DNA of 64,000 nucleotides from Chrysomallon squamiferum (lineage: Eukaryota > Animalia > Mollusca). The notes beneath the pieces are model-generated. The model saw only the letters and a program-made list of their open reading frames with translations. It was not told where the DNA came from and searched no databases. The DNA lies in assembly GCA_012295275.1 (NCBI GenBank), contig CM022665.1:31434001-31498000 (forward strand), read 5' to 3'. This document shows positions 63,318-64,000 of this stretch, in pieces (position 1 is the first letter of the stretch; each line of letters begins with the position of its first letter). Made by a program: the position numbers and the translations under genes.

Positions 63318-63820
63318 TTATAAGAGTCTGTTAGTTACTAAAGCAGAATTCAGTTTATAAAACTGGAAAATGTACAGTTTAAAACATACTTTACTAAATC
63401 TTTCATTCAGATTATCACCACGTGTTAGCTTTTAATTTAAAACATATAACTTAGATTTGTGTCAATGTAATAAAAATGAAACCTATATCATTTTAAAAAT
63501 TACATTCTGAAAATATGAAAAAGAAAAAACATAAAACCAAAAAAACAATCCTACAGATCAACCAAAGAAAACAATTAAAATCCAGGTAAATCTCACCTCT
63601 GTATTTTTAACAGGAGAAGATGCAGGTTCGATCACTGGCTCTATCGAAATTGTATTGTTATCCTGTTCAGGTGTGATGGGACTTGCCTGGAATTCGTTAA
63701 TGGTGATGTTGGCTGGAGAGACTGTTTCTTCAACTGTTATGTTTGAGTGAGGCAGGACTTGGAAGAAACACATCAGGTAAGTCATTATAGACTTTTTGTC
63801 AGGCTGGTTCACATCAACAT
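12572..63820 (-). CDS. DMD: Dystrophin orthologue, partial multi-exon gene (29 coding exons in window; CH2 end, hinge 1, spectrin-repeat rod); extends past both window ends
   Basis: Exon translations match dystrophin motifs: [24 protein letters not shown] (CH2 end), [16 protein letters not shown] (repeat 1), [59 protein letters not shown] ends and phases chain correctly except exon 19562-19730. Confidence 0.96.
13157..13297 (-). CDS. DMD: Dystrophin exon, 141 nt, phase 0->0
   Basis: tatttcag|ATG ATT GAT ... CTA AAG|gtaata; [23 protein letters not shown] (spectrin helix B). Confidence 0.9.
13687..13917 (-). CDS. DMD: Dystrophin exon, 231 nt, phase 0->0
   Basis: tttcacag|GAA AAG CAA ... ATG AAA|gtaatt; open frame including [19 protein letters not shown]. 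Confidence 0.85.
14423..14581 (-). CDS. DMD: Dystrophin exon, 159 nt, phase 0->0
   Basis: tttcag|GTT TTA CAG ... TTA AAA|gtaagc; [17 protein letters not shown]...[16 protein letters not shown] (in-frame alternative acceptor at 14572). Confidence 0.92.
16740..17520. repeat. Old tandem triplication of a ~300-370 bp unit
   Basis: ATGC/GTTTTCATAA(C/T)A.AACAAAG.GA...AA(C/T)CAT.GT.TAT motif at ~16800, ~17092, ~17465; CAGATCT and CATTTAATTACA blocks also recur. Confidence 0.7.
18223..18378 (-). CDS. DMD: Dystrophin exon, 156 nt, phase 0->0
   Basis: gttgcag|GAG GAG AGT ... ATG AAA|gtaagt; [23 protein letters not shown]. Confidence 0.92.
18514..18848. mobile_element. Degenerate pogo/Tigger-like MITE (~335 bp)
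   Basis: Left end AAGTTAAGCATCCCTTATC and right end CTGGTGCAAAGCATTCCAGATAAATGATGTTTTAACTG form an imperfect inverted repeat. Both resemble Tigger4/Zombi termini as I recall them. Confidence 0.6.
18928..19110 (-). CDS. DMD: Dystrophin exon (~human exon 35), 183 nt, phase 0->0
   Basis: cttacag|ACT GCC CAG ... TTA CAG|gtacac (alternative in-frame donor at 18916); [26 protein letters not shown]. Confidence 0.85.
19562..19730 (-). CDS. DMD: Dystrophin exon (~human exon 34), 169 nt as assembled; apparent internal frameshift
   Basis: ccttgaag|GTA ACT CAA: [39 protein letters not shown], then a frame change to [17 protein letters not shown]|gtaaac. The unshifted frame hits TGA at 19583-19581. Confidence 0.85.
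21059..21268. repeat. Three diverged copies of a ~45-bp bipartite motif
   Basis: TG.TGCCAG(C)TT.AAA-variable spacer-CTTAAATCT at ~21061, ~21127, ~21222. Confidence 0.7.
21535..21750. repeat. Degenerate ~24-bp minisatellite
   Basis: Recurrent CATAAACTACTGCAAAATTCA(C)AA units. Confidence 0.75.
22844..22999 (-). CDS. DMD: Dystrophin exon (~human exon 33), 156 nt, phase 0->0
   Basis: ttatccag|AAA TTT TAC ... GCA CAG|gtactc; [28 protein letters not shown]...YNDLGAQ. Confidence 0.94.
23297..23470 (-). CDS. DMD: Dystrophin exon (~human exon 32), 174 nt, phase 0->0
   Basis: tattcag|AAA CAT TTC ... TGC ATG|gtaata; [23 protein letters not shown]...HDHCM. Confidence 0.94.
23870..23998 (-). CDS. DMD: Dystrophin exon (~human exon 31), 129 nt, phase 0->0
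   Basis: tctgtag|TCT CTG AAA ... TTA AAG|gtataa; [43 protein letters not shown]. Confidence 0.91.
24515..24679 (-). CDS. DMD: Dystrophin exon (~human exon 30), 165 nt, phase 0->0
   Basis: ctgacag|GCC AAG AAT ... TAT GAG|gtatac; [22 protein letters not shown]. Confidence 0.91.
24995..25147 (-). CDS. DMD: Dystrophin exon (~human exon 29), 153 nt, phase 0->0
   Basis: aattag|GAG ATG GAA ... GCT GAG|gtaaga; [30 protein letters not shown]. Confidence 0.91.
25558..25658. repeat. (AAT)n/(GAT)n/(TAAA)n compound microsatellite abutting an exon donor
   Basis: Direct inspection. Confidence 0.93.
25664..25767 (-). CDS. DMD: Dystrophin exon, 104 nt, phase 1->0
   Basis: ttttcag|AA TTA ATT ... CTG GAT|gtgagt; [16 protein letters not shown]...[10 protein letters not shown]. 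Confidence 0.92.
26214..26427 (-). CDS. DMD: Dystrophin exon, 214 nt, phase 0->1
   Basis: tatcag|ACA TTA AGA ... AAA G|gtagat; [22 protein letters not shown]...SLQWKEFK. Confidence 0.9.
26961..27287 (-). CDS. DMD: Dystrophin exon (~human exons 25+26), 327 nt, phase 0->0
   Basis: atgcag|GGT GTA TTA ... TTC AAG|gtatgt; [20 protein letters not shown]...[15 protein letters not shown]. Confidence 0.92.
27544..27657 (-). CDS. DMD: Dystrophin exon (~human exon 24), 114 nt, phase 0->0
   Basis: ctttgcag|AAT CAG CTG ... AGT TCT|gtaagt; [38 protein letters not shown]. Confidence 0.94.
28417..28632 (-). CDS. DMD: Dystrophin exon (~human exon 23), 216 nt, phase 0->0
   Basis: ttgtcag|GAA TTA CAG ... TAT CAG|gtaaga; [23 protein letters not shown]...LNGRWTDVS. 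Confidence 0.93.
29916..30088 (-). CDS. DMD: Dystrophin exon, 173 nt, phase 1->0
   Basis: tttgtag|GG GAG AGG ... TAT CGG|gtgaat; [27 protein letters not shown]. Confidence 0.91.
30143..30192. repeat. (TAAA)n microsatellite
   Basis: Direct inspection. Confidence 0.93.
31723..31734 (-). other. Candidate 12-nt alternative microexon of dystrophin (phase 1->1)
   Basis: ctttattacag|ATGCTGAGGATT|gtaagt; would change KM-G-ERNR to KM-DAEDW-ERNR with no stop. Confidence 0.45.
32185..32314. repeat. Minisatellite, 4 x 32 bp
   Basis: ACATAAATATTATATAAAATAAGTATATTG(C/T)G repeated four times. Confidence 0.93.
32526..32679 (-). CDS. DMD: Dystrophin exon, 154 nt, phase 0->1
   Basis: ttctgaag|GTG AAA TTA ... 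ATG G|gttagt; [24 protein letters not shown]...[16 protein letters not shown]. Confidence 0.9.
33224..33465 (-). CDS. DMD: Dystrophin exon (~human exon 20), 242 nt, phase 1->0; tandem CAGTAG acceptor
   Basis: catacag|TA GGT GCT ... TGC AAG|gtatgt; [23 protein letters not shown]...[21 protein letters not shown]. Confidence 0.91.
33875..33962 (-). CDS. DMD: Dystrophin exon (~human exon 19), 88 nt, phase 0->1
   Basis: tttttcag|GAT ACT GAG ... AGT T|gtaagt; [29 protein letters not shown]. Confidence 0.9.
34486..34746 (-). CDS. DMD: Dystrophin exon (hinge 2 / repeat 4 start), 261 nt, phase 0->0
   Basis: ttttgtag|ATT GCC AGC ... ATT CAG|gttttg (weak donor); [25 protein letters not shown]. Confidence 0.87.
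34770..36691. mobile_element. Non-autonomous DNA transposon (hAT/P-like ends), ~1.9 kb
   Basis: Ends TAGGTACCAGCA and (reverse complement) TAGGTACTGGCA, 10/12 match. Flanking direct repeat CATAAAG at 34763-34769 and 36692-36698. The interior, especially 35790-36660, is much richer in CpG than the background. Confidence 0.6.
37015..37194 (-). CDS. DMD: Dystrophin exon (~human exon 16), 180 nt, phase 0->0
   Basis: tttcag|TCT ATT GAA ... AAA GAG|gttcat; [24 protein letters not shown]...[18 protein letters not shown]. Confidence 0.92.
37708..37946 (-). CDS. DMD: Dystrophin exon, 239 nt, phase 1->0
   Basis: ttcttgtag|TT TGT GAA ... AAG|gtatgt; [50 protein letters not shown]... Confidence 0.94.
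38450..38540 (-). CDS. DMD: Dystrophin exon, 91 nt, phase 0->1
   Basis: ttacag|AAA ATC CAG ... ACT G|gtaagt; [30 protein letters not shown]. Confidence 0.93.
38759..38903 (-). CDS. DMD: Dystrophin exon (~human exon 12), 145 nt, phase 2->0
   Basis: tttacag|A CTG CAG CAG ... CAC AAG|gtatat; [48 protein letters not shown]. Confidence 0.94.
39254..39645. repeat. Minisatellite, 7 units of 52-57 bp
   Basis: Unit GTGTC(AT/TT)(A/G)TATTACTTATATCACACAGTATAATATCATGACTTTGGTATATA..., starting at 39268, 39320, 39372, 39429, 39486, 39543, 39600. Confidence 0.93.
41137..41340 (+). pseudogene. Inverted partial duplicate (pseudo-exon) of dystrophin exon 38759-38903 plus its downstream intron
   Basis: Reverse complement of 38675-38878; 199/204 identical by manual comparison. 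Lacks the acceptor and first 25 nt of the exon. Confidence 0.95.
41447..41490. repeat. (TG)n microsatellite, imperfect
   Basis: Direct inspection. Confidence 0.9.
41867..41898. repeat. (TG)n microsatellite
   Basis: Direct inspection. Confidence 0.93.
44173..44354 (-). CDS. DMD: Dystrophin exon (~human exon 11), 182 nt, phase 0->2
   Basis: ttctcag|GAA TTT ATG ... AGC AA|gtgagt; [27 protein letters not shown]...[20 protein letters not shown]. Not in the ORF track; read by hand. Confidence 0.94.
45032..45229 (-). CDS. DMD: Dystrophin exon (start of spectrin repeat 1; ~human exon 10), 198 nt, phase 0->0
   Basis: ccttcag|GTT GCT ATG ... CAT GAG|gtataa; [41 protein letters not shown]. Confidence 0.93.
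53776..53821. repeat. (CA)n microsatellite
   Basis: Direct inspection. Confidence 0.95.
54530..54582. repeat. (CT)n microsatellite
   Basis: Direct inspection. Confidence 0.95.
63597..63820 (-). CDS. DMD: Dystrophin exon (CH2 end + hinge 1; ~human exon 8), 224 nt, phase 1->0
   Basis: ttgttttcag|AT GTT GAT GTG ... ACA GAG|gtgaga; [27 protein letters not shown]...KNTE. Confidence 0.93.
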
Positions 63821-63926
63821 CTGAAAACAATATAATTTTTTAATAACTTCTCTGAGAACACTTTGTTGTATGTAAGACAATAAGAAAGTAAAATAAGCTT
63901 GTATAATAATAATAATAATAATAATA

Positions 63927-63950
63927 TCTTACCTGAAAACAGAAAAAGAA
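63927..63950 (-). promoter_or_regulatory. Candidate recursive (zero-nucleotide exon) splice site
   Basis: TTCTTTTTCTGTTTTCAG|GTAAGA with the junction at 63933/63932. Confidence 0.45.
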
Positions 63951-64000
63951 CCCCACAACATATAATAAAATATCAGTAGTTGTTATAATAGGATAGCTCT

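Overview
AT-rich, CpG-poor, microsatellite-rich animal genomic DNA. It is probably an invertebrate, possibly a mollusc; this is an inference from composition and protein divergence. The whole window lies inside one large minus-strand gene, a dystrophin (DMD/Dys) orthologue. I traced 29 coding exons by hand (63820 down to 12572, about 5.13 kb of CDS, about 1,700 aa). All have AG/GT boundaries and consistent phases except one. They run from the end of the second calponin-homology domain through hinge 1 into the spectrin-repeat rod; the gene continues beyond both window ends. The most notable oddities are: (1) a 204-bp, 97.5% identical inverted copy of one exon plus its 5' splice site, 2.3 kb upstream in the same pre-mRNA, with 4 of 5 mismatches G-U compatible; (2) a 169-nt rod exon with an apparent 2-nt deletion and premature stop; (3) several candidate frame-preserving microexons and AG|GT recursive-splice motifs; (4) a 1.9-kb TIR/TSD-bounded DNA transposon next to a 3' splice site, and a Tigger-like MITE. 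Human DMD exon sizes quoted are recalled from memory, not looked up.
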